Shown here: piece after piece, positions 37,801 to 51,185 of the stretch | Numbering within the stretch: position 1 is the stretch's first letter | How the letters are laid out: the number at the start of each line of letters is the position of its first letter | Origin: Camelus ferus | Taxonomy: Eukaryota | Assembly: GCF_009834535.1 (NCBI RefSeq) | Contig: NC_045696.1 | Span: 15,440,001 to 15,504,000 of the forward strand | Direction: 5' to 3' | DNA length: 64,000 nucleotides | Notes under the pieces: model-generated | Told to the model about the DNA's origin: nothing | The model's database searches: none | What the model saw: the letters and a program-made list of their open reading frames with translations, nothing else | Position numbers and translations under genes: made by a program

Positions 37801-38019
37801 TGTGTTGTTTTAGGCAGTTTGAATGTGGGAGCTCGTTTAGATCTGGATAGGATCAGGCAGAAGATACAAAGACACCAGAGCCTACGCAGATGGAACCCGA
37901 AAGAAGTGCCTGGAGTGTGACCACTGTGGGTATGTCAGACAGAACATCAGTGTATAGGAATAAGCAATGGACATCTTTACTTTGAGAAGATGCTAAGAAT
38001 AGCCACTTCTCAGCTCCTC

Positions 38020-38722
38020 TGCTGCTGCCAACTTAGTCCAAACCACCAACATTGTCCACCTTAAAAAGTAGCAAATGCCTTCTAATGGTGCTTCCTCCTT
38101 CCTTCAGCAGCCAGGCCGATCATGGAAAGCCCAGATCATTTACGTCCTTGGCTGAAAATTCTCCAACACCATCCTATCTTAGTCAAAGTGAAAAATAGTG
38201 TCCTTTCCATGGCCTTCAAAGCCCCAAGGATCTGATTCCTGCCTCCCTCTGACTTCCTTTCCTCTTTCTCTCACCCTGGTCCAGCTACTTGACCTCCCTG
38301 CTGATTCTCATGGTAACAAGCACGAACCCTGTCCAGAACTCTTTACCTAGAACATTCTCCCCCACATAAGCACTTGCTGCTTCTCTCCCTTCAAGTCTCT
38401 GCTTAAATGCTATCTCTCAGAGAAACCATCCCTGACCACTCTAGATCAGATAGAACCATTCTTCCTTCATTTTTCCTCAATTTATCAACAATTGAAATTT
38501 TAATATATGCTCATTTGTGTACATCTGATATCTATCTATGTATCTAAATATCTATGTATGTATCTATCTATCTACCTACCTACTTATGGATACAAACATA
38601 CATACTTTGAGGGTATAGTCTTTGTTTATTTCTCTGCCACATCATCAGCTCCTAGGAAGGTACCTGGCATATAATAAGTACTCAATAAATACTTGTTGTA
38701 TGAATGAATGAATGAATGAATA
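38020..38722 (+). mobile_element. L2 LINE 3' end with internal (TCTA)-like simple repeat
   Basis: Ends cctggcatataataagtactcaataaatacttgttgtatgaatgaatgaatgaa, a canonical L2 tail. Confidence 0.85.
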
Positions 38723-38956
38723 GATGGCAATCAAGGCAGGTAATTATCATTAAGGGGGTTAGGGAATCGTCAAAGGGGTCTTAGCAGGCGGGAAAAAATA
38801 TGGTAATGAAGATATTTTAAACGGGTAATACTGACATTCTAGACAAAAGGCGAGCCTGGGTTAGGCCAGGGAAGTAGGGGACCAGGGCAAATGAACGGTA
38901 GCAAGAACTCAGCTCCTTGACTCCAAAACAGATCTATAGTTCCTTGGATGACATGT

Positions 38957-39495
38957 TGTGAAAGACAGAATTCTAAAGATGTCCCTCCATAACTGCCATT
39001 CCTTGACCAGTCAGTCAAACACTAACCCAGCTACTGCTATACAAGTATGGTGCAGATGGAATTAATGTTACCAACCCACGTAACTTAAAATAGGAAGATT
39101 ACCCTGGACTAACTGGGGCACTCAATGTAATCACACGAACTCTTAGAAGCAGAAGAGAAGGGCAGAAGAAGAAGCCAGAGAAATGCCAAGTATAAGGATG
39201 CTGTGCACCACTGCTGACTTTGAAGGTGGAGAAAGGGAACCATAAAAGACAACAGGAAGACACTGGATTCTGGCAACAGCATGAAGGAGCTTGGAATCAG
39301 ATTCATCCTCAGAGCCTCCAGAAAGGGATGCAGCCCCTTCGTCACCTTGATTCCAACCTGGTTATACCCAGAGCAGAGACCCAGTTGAGCAGTGCTGAGC
39401 CTAGACATCTATAGAACTATGAGATACAGACTGGTGTTGTTTTAAGATGCTAAGTGTATGGCAATTTGATAAGGCAATTATAGAAAATGAAAACA
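38957..39495 (+). mobile_element. MaLR solo LTR (MLT1D/E-like)
   Basis: tgtg...cagaattctaaagatg start, agagcctccagaaagggatgcagcc core, gtgttgttttaagatgctaagt...atagaaaatgaaaaca end. Confidence 0.8.
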
Positions 39496-39960
39496 AGGAA
39501 GGATGCCAATCTAGAGTGGAGTATTAGAAAGGCTATCAGTTTACACCCTTAATCAGAATGCACAAGGTTAAGAACCAGTTACTGGGGTTATAGTATAAGA
39601 GGAAGGACACAAGAAAAACACAGAATCAGACTTACTAGAATGGGCACAAAAGCTTGAGATCAGACCCCCATCTAAGCTAACTTTGATATGGAGTCACTTG
39701 GTCTGCTGGCCAAGAGGTCCACATAAACCCCCTGACTCAAGGACAATGTTAACCGAAAGCTTGACGGCAAGTAAGGATCTGTCACCACAGTGATGAGAAC
39801 AAGCAAAACAGGTTGAAAACAGGGGCAAAAGGGATGAGTCCATGGGGAGGGAATCTATTGCCTGGAACAATGTTTTCCAAGATGCAGCTAAGAAATCTTT
39901 TGTTGGCAGTAGATGAATGCATAAAGGCTTTGATCAAATAAGTTAAAATTTTAGTAAGGA

Positions 39961-40375
39961 TGTTCTGATTTTATACTGCTATTAACAAGCCATCCCAAAA
40001 TGTTGTGGTTTAAGACAACAGTTTACTGAACCTCGTAATCTTGTGAGTCAGGGCTCAGTTGCGGCAATGCATCTGCTCTGCACGTCAACTGGAGTCATTT
40101 GATGAAATTCTTCTGGTAGCTAGACTGGACTGGAGGGTCCACGACAGATTCACTCACATGCCTGGTGTCTTGGCAAGGACAACCAGAAGGTCAGCCTCAG
40201 CTGGGGCCCTTCTTTTGCATGTAGTGTCAGGTCTCTCCCCATGGTCTTTTCCCCAAGTTGTAATCGGTCTTATGACAAGGCGGCTCAGGGTTCCAGAGTA
40301 GGTACTTCCAAAGACCCAAGTGGAATCGACAAGATTTCTTACATCCAAGACGTCAAAGTCCCAGAACATTCCTTT
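39961..40375 (-). mobile_element. MaLR LTR (MLT1-like)
   Basis: Reverse-strand MLT1 3' end (tgctattaacaagccatcccaaaat...gtggtttaagacaaca) and cactcacatgcctgg. Confidence 0.7.
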
Positions 40376-41764
40376 TTAACGCAGCTAATTAAAAAATTTC
40401 ACAATGTGTGAATCAGCAGCACTCAAAGATCCTTCCTCAATTCCTCCAAAGTCGAAACATTATACTATACTCCATCTTTGTACTTATCAACCTTTTAAAG
40501 TTAATTTTTCTTTGCAACCATGTCATTTCCACACACAAATAAATGGAGGTTTTCATTTCAGGAACAACAATGTTTAGAATTACAAAGGCATAATAGTTAA
40601 CAATTAAGTGGAAATCATTACCCTTTATGTTCATTTGAGTATAAATCCAGCGAGCTACAGACAATAAGTCACACAGTCTTGTAATTAACTTTGTGTACCA
40701 GCCCTGACTCTGGGGAATCTTTCGGGTTGGGTGGGGAAGATGAATTGATTTTTATTGTTTTGGGGTTTTTTTGTTTTTGTCTTTGTTGTTTTTTTTCCCC
40801 ACTCTGCATGCCTTTCCCTGAATAAAACATTTCAACATGTCTAAAAAGTTGTCGTCATCCTGTGGACCAGGAGTGTCTGACTTAAAGAGGTCTCAAATTT
40901 AAGACTGTAAAAATGAGGCTTGGGTATCAGCTGTATGTGTGGAATTAAATAAATAATACATAAATCTTTATTTTTCTAAAATATTAAGCCAGATATGTAC
41001 AAAAGAATAATAAATTGTTCAGTCATCTATCTGTAGGTCATTTTACAATCGAGCAAAACTCTTCTACCCAGGAAGATGAAGACTTCGAAAACGTGCTTGT
41101 TAGGAAACGTGCAAAGCACCTTAATTTGGCTCTATTATGCAGCTGTGACCAAGTTCCAGCTCTTTCAAAGTGATAGACCTCCCTCCTAATTCTACCAGCT
41201 TTTCTGCCATTGGTCCTCCCGGGGACCAGCCAGAGACTGTGGATGAATAAATACACACCCATCAACACAGATTTCAGAAGGCATCTGCTGCTGAAAATGG
41301 GTCAGGAGCCTATAGAAAGGATAGCTTGTATGTTGCATCTTTCTCATAGTGAAAGAACAAAACTGTCTTAATATTGGTAGAGTATGGAGCTCACAATTTT
41401 AATTTTTAAAATCCAATATATGTAGAATCTTAAACCCTCTTTGGATTTTGACATTGATAAGACTCCAGTATGTGAGCTCAAAGTTTGACATGAAATCCAT
41501 GACTGTCATGGCAGATGCTTTTATCTTTTTCCTTTTCTTTGTTTTTTTTTTTTTTTTTTTTTAACTTTTGGGCCATAGGAAGACACAGAAATCTCTCCAA
41601 AATAGGCCCTTTTGGGTTGTCCTATTTTCCTGAAAATTATTCTTCTCTCAGAATAGTTTTCTTTTGATATTTCATTTTTTTAAATCTACATTGTAGAAGA
41701 AGTTAAAATTTCGTGAGCCAAATATCACTTCAAGAACCTGATTAAAGCTTTGATTTGCTTAATA

Positions 41765-41798
41765 CACACACACACACACACACACACACATGCACACA
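41765..41798. repeat. (CA)n microsatellite
   Basis: About 13 pure CA units plus an interrupted extension. Confidence 0.95.
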
Positions 41799-43116
41799 AA
41801 GTATTATGCACAATTTCTAGAGAATTCATGGGCCTTTGAAGCTAAATAAGAAATTTCAATGCAACAGAAAGAAAAATAAATATGTTGTAAATGGAAACGT
41901 ACTAATAAACAGTGAAAATTTTGCTCTTAAGATTATCAGATATTTGGTATATAATGATAATTTTTAAAAATTTATTGATGTCTTAAATAATATAGCCAAT
42001 AATGATATTAGGGTGCAATAGTAAATAATTCACAATTTCTAAGGACCTAAAGCCAGGGTGATGCATAGAGATGACCAAGAAATTACACTGCAGTGTCATA
42101 GTTTCTCTGATACAGTTAAATACAGGGTTAATCAAGTAATGCAGTTACCAAAGAAGCAATTAGACTCTTGAAGTGTGTTGCTACAGTTATATACAGTGAT
42201 TCTCTCCCTATTCTGTGTGTTACAGGCACTGTTATGTTGACACCATTGCGCCCTCCCTCCTTGCTCTGTGCTAACAATGGTAAGGCAGAGGAGACTAGGT
42301 CATTGAGAAACCAAAGCCAACAATCAACCATCTTTGGAATACTTGTTTTGTGAGAACTATTTTTTTTTTAAGGTTTAAATCCCTATTGGATTTTTCTCTC
42401 TGCTGTAGACAAAAGCATTTCTAATTGATTCAAGTTCCCATTTCAATCCTGGGAATCCTAATTTAAAAATAATATAAACAGACTGAAGCTCCTTTAAGGG
42501 AAAGAAGTTGGAAAGCTGAAAGAACTTAAAACTATGTCCTATTTGGTGTGGTTAAAAAAAAAAAAGGTTGGAAAGGGATTTTAGAACAATGTAATATGTG
42601 TTTCAAATAGCTGATGGGCTATAGTGGGGAAGAAAAATTGTAATTACTTTGCACAACAAGAAAGGTAGAATTAAAACCGATGAGCTGGTCAAAATAAAGG
42701 CAAATGTCGGCAAAAGTTTCTACCATTCTCACATTCTAACTTCTCTTCCAAACACAGGTGCCCCAGAAGTACCATAACTACCGACGTTTATTTTTACTTC
42801 TCCCCTCCCCCAATGAAGTGTGCCAAAATGTCAGTGTATGCTTTGCACATACACACATACACACACACACACACACATATATATGCTGCTTTTTAGTCTG
42901 CTTAATAAGTATCTATCTTATTATTCCCTTTCATCCTATAGACTGATACATAGTTCATGAATTCATTATGCAATGTTGGCCAATTATAAAAGCCTAGTTT
43001 TATTTTTCCCTAATACAGTAGTTCTCATTCAGGAGAAATGTTGCCCCGCAAGGGATGTTTGGCAATGTTTGGCGATATTTTTGATCGTCACTATGCAGTG
43101 GCCAAGATGCTACTGG

Positions 43117-44136
43117 TGTAAATGAGGTGACTGAGAAGGGCTTAATTTCCAGAATATACAAACAGCTCATACAAATCAATAACAAAAAAAAAACATGAGC
43201 AGAAGATCTAAACGGACATTTCTCCAACAAAGATGTACCAATAAGCGCATGAAAAAAAAGTTCAATATCTCTAATTATCAGAGAAATACAAATCAAAACT
43301 GCAAAGGGCTTCACCTCACACCAGTCAGAATGGGCATCATTAAAGAGTCCACAAATGAAAAGTGCTGGAGAGGGCATGGAGAAAAGGGAACCCTCCTACA
43401 CTGCTGGTGGTAATACAGTTTGGTGCAGCCATTATGGAAAACAGTATGAAGATTCCTTAAAAATTTGAAAACAGACTTACCCATGATCCAGCAATCCCAC
43501 TCCTGGGCATATATCTGGAGGAAACTCTAATTTGAAAAGATATATGCACCCCATTGTTCATAGCAGCACTATATACAACAGCCAAGACATGGAAGCAACC
43601 TAAACGTCCATTGACAGATGATGGGATAAAGAAGATGTGGTATATAGATAAAATAGAATACTACTCAGCCATAAAAAAGAATAAAATAATACCATTTGCA
43701 GCAACATGGATGGACCTAGAGGTTATCATACTAAGTGAAATAAGACAGGGAAAGACAAATATCTGATATACTTATATGTGGAATCTCAAAAAAAAAAAAA
43801 AAAGGAAAGATAAATGAACTTATTTACAAAACAGAAACAGACTCACAGACATAGAAAACAAACTTATGGTTACCAGGGGGAAAGGGTCGGAGGAGGGATA
43901 AACTGGGAGTTTGGGATTTGCAGACCCTATCTACTATATATAAAATAGGTAAACAACAAGGTCCTATTGTATAGCCCAGGGAACTATATTCAATATCTTT
44001 TAGTAACCTATAATGAAAAAGAATACAAAAGAGAATATATGTGTACATATATATGTGTGTGTATAACTGAATCAGTATGCTGTATACCAGAGACCAACAC
44101 AACATTGTAAATAGACTATACTTCAATTAAAAACAA
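43117..44136 (+). mobile_element. 5'-truncated L1 (ORF2 C-terminal remnant and 3' UTR)
   Basis: ORF2-like peptides ([10 protein letters not shown]..., MFIAALYTTAKTWKQPK...FAATWMDLE) with frameshifts. TSD aagatgctactgg / aggatgctactag. Confidence 0.95.
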
Positions 44137-44149
44137 AGGATGCTACTAG

Positions 44150-44687
44150 TGAGGTGGGAAGCCCCATGATAAAGACCGGCAGGACACCCCGGCAGGGCCA
44201 CTACTCTCCTGCCAGCACCATCCGGTTCCCAGGCCTGGTGGCATTATCTCGCTTCTTGCCTCTGAAACGGCTTGTTTCTAGGAAAGTGGAACTTAACCCT
44301 AAGATTCTATTGGTTCCCTGAGCTAACTCCTGATTGGTCCATTTGTAGCACCTTATTTGCATGGAGCTCACTCCTGATTGGTCCATTTCTACCACTCATG
44401 ATTGGTCCATTTCTACAAAGTTCGTTCCTAATTAGTCAACTTTGTTATATGTTATTTGCATATGATGTTGCAAAGTGTAGACTGGCAGCCTATAAAAGCC
44501 TGTGTAGCCCTACAGACCGGGTCCAGAACTTGGAGTGTTAACTCCTCTGGGCCCACCGGAGTAATAAACCTGAGTTCTCCAACCCTCCGAGTGCTGCTTG
44601 GTCTCTCGCCCGGATCCAGGTTACTGTCACAACTGAGCTGTCACAACTGAGCTGTCACACTTAGCTGTCACACACTTTGCTGCAACA
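44150..44687 (+). mobile_element. ERV1-like solo LTR (different family from the intronic pair)
   Basis: TG...CA, 538 bp, perfect TSD CTAG. TATAAAA 44491, AATAAA 44563, repeated ATTGG boxes, tandem ctgtcaca repeats in U5. Confidence 0.92.
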
Positions 44688-47019
44688 CTAGCATCTAAGG
44701 GGTAGAATCAAAAGATGCTGCAATGCACAAAACAGGCCCCTGCAACAAGGAACTATCCCATCCAAAATGTCAATAATGTTGAGGCTGAGAAGCAGCACTT
44801 CAGTAGATCACGCCTGTCCCGCTCTGCCTATGGGATACACATTCTCAGGAAAGTACTTCTTACCTTCTAATTAGATGTGAGCCAACATGCCTGTGACTCT
44901 TCAGTGCTGTGAAATTTGGAGCAGCAGGAACTAGGGGCCAGTGCTTCATTTTCAGAACATTGGCACTTGGTGTGTGTTTCCTCATATGAAAACCAAATAA
45001 CCTCAGGTAGGTTATGAGCCCTGGGCATTTGGGAGACAACTGATGGATTATGCAGGTGAGCATGGCATAGACTGATGACAGGCAATTACTATAAATCACT
45101 GTTACTCTGACTTCCAGCCATATGCAACCGATTGCGGGAAATGTGCGGAAACTAGCCCATCCAATTGAGAAAATGAGTATTGTGCCCAAAGCCAGGTTTG
45201 CACATTTTCTGAATGAGCTAAGTGGAATATTTCCCGTATAGCCAAATGAAAAGAATTGAGAAGAATGAAAGTTTTGTTTTTCATGGGCATTTTTAAACAA
45301 TATTTTATTTTAGGTGAAAATAGCATACATATTTAAATAGTAACTGCTGTAAATGGGCATGGTTTAGTTTCCAGAGAATTCTAGTAATACAAAAACTCTA
45401 GGAAATACAAAAACAGGGTAGTACAACAGACAATCCGAATTCAATTTTCCATGAGTCAGAATCTACGGATGTTGGTTTTTTGTTGAAGAGTAAGAGTTAT
45501 AGAAAGGCTTATATATAAAGATCTAAGCCAAAATGTACATTCTCAAACTTAGCTATTCAGAATAGCCCCAATAATATTCTAATTGACTATAGAGGGGGAG
45601 AAAAGGGTTTTTGGTTTTTTTTTAAATTGTGTTTCTTTTTTTAAACCACAGCTTCCTAATTTAGAAAGGAAATCACCAATACCACAATAGCTGAAAATTT
45701 GATCAAAACCAGAAAGAAGCCACCATCTCTGAGAGATTAGGAAGAATGAGAAAGAGGGGGTGGGCGGGAGAGAGAGAGAGAGGGAGAGAGAGTTTGCAAG
45801 CACTGTTGTTAAAAGCAGGTAAGATCAAGGGAGGACACACTATGAAATTCTGCTTCCATTTTCGTGAGGTTACTGTTCATTTTTAGATATATACAGTGTA
45901 CTTGCCACTGGATCCCACCATGCCAAACCAGAAGGATTCCTGAGGTTCTTGTTTATTTCTAACATCTCATGGCATTACCTTCCACCTCCTAAAAGACTCA
46001 ATGCCACAGCTTTCAAGTTAAAGCCAAAGACACTCCATCTCTAGAAGCAAGTGTACAATTTGAAAAAATGATCACACTTTGATGTGCTTTGTTTTTCTCT
46101 CAGAGAAATGATTTTCAATCATAAGAGTCCATCCTGGCTCAATGCAGAACCTAATACATGATCACCCTGGTATGTTCAGACACAGCCATCAAAACGAACA
46201 GCCAACTCTAAAAATGCATTACCTTGGTTTTGCCTGACTGTGCCCATGATGCAGACAGGGGAGTGAATAATGCCTTTTGTCAGTTCAAAGCTAAATTCTG
46301 GAGGCAGCCTGTTTTCCTGGATGTTTACCTAAACCTTCTTGGCTAAGTTGACTAGGTCAGAGCTACCAATCTCCAAAACACTTGTTGTATTTAGAAACAC
46401 AGTGGGTTCTCATTTGTGGGGATTCTGAGCTTTGAAGAGTATTTACAGCTCAGTTCTTTACCCTGGAGGGCCTGAGTCTGGAATCCAGCAGATGATGGCT
46501 ACTCAGAACATTCCAGTTCCAACCAACTTTTCCAACCACACATCCAACCATCACATCTGATCAGACACACTTATAATTCTGTCCCCAAAAGCATATTCTC
46601 TCTTGAACTGTTTTCTCTGTGCCCAAGTTTCTGCCTTTGCCATGTGGTTCCTTCAGCCCGGGTTGCCTTTCCATTATGTCTCCCAATAAAATGCTCCACG
46701 GTTAAGAAGTAACATTTTTCGTGTAGACTGCCCAGATCCACACACACACTCCCAGTCAAAATCAATCACTGTGTCTTCTAAATACCCACATTATGGGTAA
46801 TTGCATTATTATCCTCTTCTATTTTTGCTTCTTTCCCTACCTCACTGACTTCACCACCCTACATTGGACTCTAAGTCTGTTGAAGGCAAAGAGCATCTTT
46901 TCAACATGTTTATATTTGTAGTATAAGGAGGCAATACAACATAAGGACTGGAAGCTTATTGTACAAATGATTGCATGAGCGTGTATTTGAATATTAGCTT
47001 GGGCAAACACTCTAAGACA

Positions 47020-47245
47020 TGAATTTAAAATACTAAATAAATCAAAAATTTTAAATGCAATGTTTTTATCTAGATTGTTGATGTTTTATGCTTATGGACT
47101 TTTCATTTTCATTTTGATTTTTAAAAATGGAACAACAGAGATGATTTTTCTCGAGTACTGAGTCTTTTATGACACCCCTGCTCCCTCCTTAAATTGGGGG
47201 CTGCAGACAAGTTCTTCACTCATCTCATCAGAGACCTGGTGCTGG
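47020..47245. mobile_element. hAT-Tip100 (Zaphod/MER91-like) fragment
   Basis: ctgagtctttt..acacccc...cttaaatt...ttcactcatctcatc...ctg resembles the recalled terminus of this group. Confidence 0.45.
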
Positions 47246-47923
47246 GACGGAATACCCAGGACATCTAAAATAACTGGGGAAAAGTTTGTAAAATGTGTTT
47301 TTTGTTTTGTTTGTTGTTCTCAATGCTAATGAGCTTCTGTTACTGAATAATAATAATAATATAATGTATAGATTAGAGAATTAAGGGAATTTCAAATTGT
47401 ATTATCCACCATCTTTATTATATAGATGAAGCCCCTGAGGGCTGGGTTGGCTAGGAGAAAGCAGTCCAGGTTCACACTCTTACTTCTCCTTTATGTTGGA
47501 AATACTGGGTCTTCAGGTGGCTGTTGGGGTCTATGGATATGAACAAAGTCCAGTAGGCTTCCTTGCGCATGGGACCCAGCATAAAGTCTTTGTCTTTATT
47601 AGTAAGGCTTTCTAGCAGCCTGAACTCAACCAATCTTGGAATGACAACACATTCTAAAATGAACAGGGTACAAGGAAGCCATCTTAGATTATATGCAATT
47701 TCAGTTTATCTCATTTGCTGTTTGGCTCTCATGTGGATATGTATTTCCTCAGAGGATTTTAGGATATAAACATCACAGGAAAGTAACAGCATTTTCAAGG
47801 AGGTAGGAGAAATACAATGACTCACTGCCTTATCAGAAGTTTCTCTTCTACCAGATAAGGAAACTGAGACCAAATAAGAGGCGAATATCTGTGGAGACAT
47901 GTTCTTGCACTAGCTTGCTCTAA

Positions 47924-48093
47924 CAGGTTCTCAGTCTTGGCTGCATTAAAGTCACCTGGAAGCACTTTTAAAAAGTACCAATGCCAAGGCCTGGCTCCAC
48001 ACCAATTACATCTGAAGTACTGGGTCTGAGGCCCAGGTGTTAGTATTTAAAAAAAAAAAAAAAAAACTCAGGAGATTCATCATGACTCCAGGG
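47924..48093. mobile_element. MER5A1-like MITE
   Basis: ggttctcagtcttggctgcattaaagtcacctgg...accaatgcc...accaattacatctgaa...gcccaggtgttagtattt. Confidence 0.75.
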
Positions 48094-50707
48094 AAGTAAA
48101 GTATTTCCGCACATCTTTGTGGCCATGTTCTCAGTCCTAATTCTGTATTTTTTTATCATAGGCCAAATGCTTTGATTAGTTTTGTTTTTAGGTGCTCATC
48201 TTTGAAGTCTATCCATACATGATTTTTGAAACAAAGAGGACAACCAGCCCCCCACCCCAGACCACTTGAATTTGGGGAGTTTGCCTCTCTGAACCTAAAA
48301 GCCAAGAGATGGAACATAATGCCTTGCTCATCTTGTGGCACATGATAGGAATTTACCCAGTGGGCACCTGGTGGACTGAGTCTGCTTCTTCTAGAGTAAG
48401 TTGCAGTGCAAGAATCAGATGCAGTACATCGTTCTTCTTTAGATCTTCAGTGAGCTGCATTTTCCCATCTCTACCTGTCTCTAGCTTCCTCTACTTCCAA
48501 GCCTTTTGTGTGCTGAAACTTGTAATCTCTGAGTGAATGTCGAGAGAGAAACGGGTGCATATAAAAGAAATGAGGGAAGGAACTGGGCTCTGGATTTAAT
48601 TTGTTTGGACCTGAACATGCTTACAAGTCAGGAGTCAATGTGCCTACTTGCTGGGGTGGCTCCTTTCTTGTCCGAGTTCAGAGATTGGAACCTAGAGTAT
48701 ACAGACTAAGACCAGCTTTTCAAATCCACCACACTAGAGATCCAATTAGCGAAAATTCCACCCTTGTTCTCTCCTTGTATTTGATTTATCATGCTCAGTT
48801 AAAATGAGGTATATCACTAAGTATGTCTAGTGTGCTGACCCTGAAATCCTATTAACTTTGATAATCAGAAAAAAATAGAATAAAAATAGAATTCTGGTGT
48901 CTGCTCTACATTCTGTACCATTAGATTTAGTTTAGGAGGTTGACCTTGATGCAGGCTAGAGGCTCCCATGAAGTGTCCCCGACCCTGGTCTCTTTGCCTT
49001 GTGCCAGATCATTGGTTCTGAAGAATCTCTTGAGTCTTGTCACTATTGAAGCTTAGGCTTTGTTCACTCAACAACGCTGGATCCAAATACTCAATCTACA
49101 GATCTCAGCAAGTTTTCAACATCCTGACCCCTCGTTTCCCTATCCATCTGTATAAGGGGAAACTTGACAAGCTTGTGTAATATACAGCACAGGAGAATAG
49201 CGCCATAAACTTGTGGTCTTGCTTCATTTCTTCTTTCTAGCTCACCCACTTTCTCTTCATGGAGCTACATACTTAACACTGTCCATGTCTACCAAGTGCC
49301 AATTATCCAAATAAAACTCTTAGTCCTGACATTCTGGGGCATGTGCAAGTCTAATTTTCCCACTTTTTCTCCCCCTTCACCTTTGTCCTGAACCATAAGG
49401 TCATCTCACTCATCTAAAATGACTTGGCCCCCTACCCTTATCCTTGCATTCAAAGATCGCTGTCCCTCCATCTGGGAGGACTCTACACCATCCTTTTGTT
49501 ATTGAAATTATGCCCTTTCCCTAAGGGCCCATTTAATTGCCACTTCCTCCAGGAAGCTGGCAGGACCTCACTCCAAAGACATTCTTTCAAATTTAGAGAC
49601 TGAAATTCATCCCTTGACTTTTAAAATCAAAAGTCAAATAAACCAAGAACACACCAAGAACTTATTTAAATTCACGGTGGAGTCAACAAATGGAAGAAGG
49701 AAATAAATCTGGCCCTCCGAAAAGAAAATATTCTAAAATATGCTTTTAATAAAAAATCTGATTCCTCATTCATACATTTTTTCCCCTTCTAATTTTAAAA
49801 AGTCAGATAAGTGAAATGACATTTGTTTCATTTTAGCTTAACCTTTTCTCACTCTACAAGAAAGTCATGTGTTCACATTAATTCTCTATGTTGATGAAAT
49901 TCTTAGATCCTTGAGGGGTCTGGTATACATCCTGTTTGCAAACTAAGATTTCTTTATGAATGAAGAATAAAATGTGCACACACAGGCCTGAAACAGAAAC
50001 CTTGCTTTGGGGCACTGCTATTAGTTCCAATCTCTGTAATCGGCAACTCTGAAATGTTCCACTTTGCAAAGTACAAAGCCTGTTTTCATAGTTCTCTCAT
50101 AATTTGTTTTCCTAATGCACTCCAATCAGTTTGATGCCAGTGAGTTTCTGTTGTGTTTATTATATTTTGTCTTCTTTCCACCCAGGCCCCCACCCTCAAA
50201 TCCCACATTGTGAACAAGCCTTTGAGCAATGAAAAGCTTATTAGTAAATTTTCCAGCAAATAGATTTTTTGGAACTTTTTCCACCTTTGGTTGATGGGCT
50301 TACACTGAAATAAACCAGTCATGTTTGTCCTAAACGTCTAATGGAACTGCACTTCCAGCCACATTTAATGAATGACAAATTGAATATACCAACAAAATCA
50401 ACTCATAAGTGAAAATAGAGAGACGGAGACACACTGAGTAAAACAGAAAGAATGCGCGAAGGGAAAGTCAGGAGAGAGAATGAATGCTCACTCTTGTGGC
50501 TCCTGTAACAAAAACTTCAAAAATATTGCTTTCCCTGAATTGGGTATGAATATATGACTATATGAGAGAATTAAAAATTTTAGAAGTTAAAGCCATATTT
50601 TATTTCCATGTAATTATTCCATAAAATCGTTCTCCTCTAGTGACACCAAAACATTGATAAATTTATTGTTAATGCAAGTGTTAAAAGTCACAAAATGAAC
50701 ATGAGGT

Positions 50708-51185
50708 TATAATACCCAGCAATTCCACTCTTGGGTATATATCTGAAAAAAAAAATAAAAACACTAATTTGAAAAGGTATAGGCACCCCAGTGTTACCAT
50801 ATGATCCAGCAATCCCACTCCTGGGCATACATCTGGAGAAAACTCCAATTTAAAAAGCTACATGCACCCTTATATTCATATCAGTATTATTTATAATTGC
50901 CAAGGTATGGAAGCAACCTAAGTGTTCGTCAGCAGATGACTGGACAAACATGATGAGATATATGTATACACACAGACAGAGAGGAATACTACTCGGTCAT
51001 AAAAAAGAAAGAAATTTTGCCATTTGCAGCAACATGGGTGAACTTGGAGGACATTAGTCTTAAGTGAAATTAGTCAGAAGAGAAAGACAAATACAGTATG
51101 AAATCACTTATATGTGGAATCTGAAAAATATCACAAACTAGTGAATAAAACAAAAAAGAAGCAGGTTTACAGATATAAAGAAAAT
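50708..51185 (+). mobile_element. L1 ORF2-end/3' UTR fragment with internal diverged duplication
   Basis: ccagcaattccactc..., ggaagcaacctaagtg, gccatttgcagcaacatgg, cacttatatgtggaatct. Confidence 0.9.

Larger units (their letters stand above)
43016..44795 (+). mobile_element. MER20 DNA transposon split into 43016-43116 and 44688-44795 by nested insertions
   Basis: Left half cagtagttctca...tttggcaatgtttggcgatattttt...gctactgg joins right half catctaaggggtaga...gatgctgc...ccaaaatgtcaataatgttgaggctgagaa, matching the MER20 consensus as recalled. Confidence 0.85.

Noticed and set aside
43195..43766. ORFs with protein-like content
   Set aside because: Frameshifted L1 ORF2 remnants.
44624..44675. 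Short repeated units as a CRISPR-like array
   Set aside because: Head-to-tail ~14-bp repeats without unique spacers, inside the U5 of an LTR in a mammalian genome.
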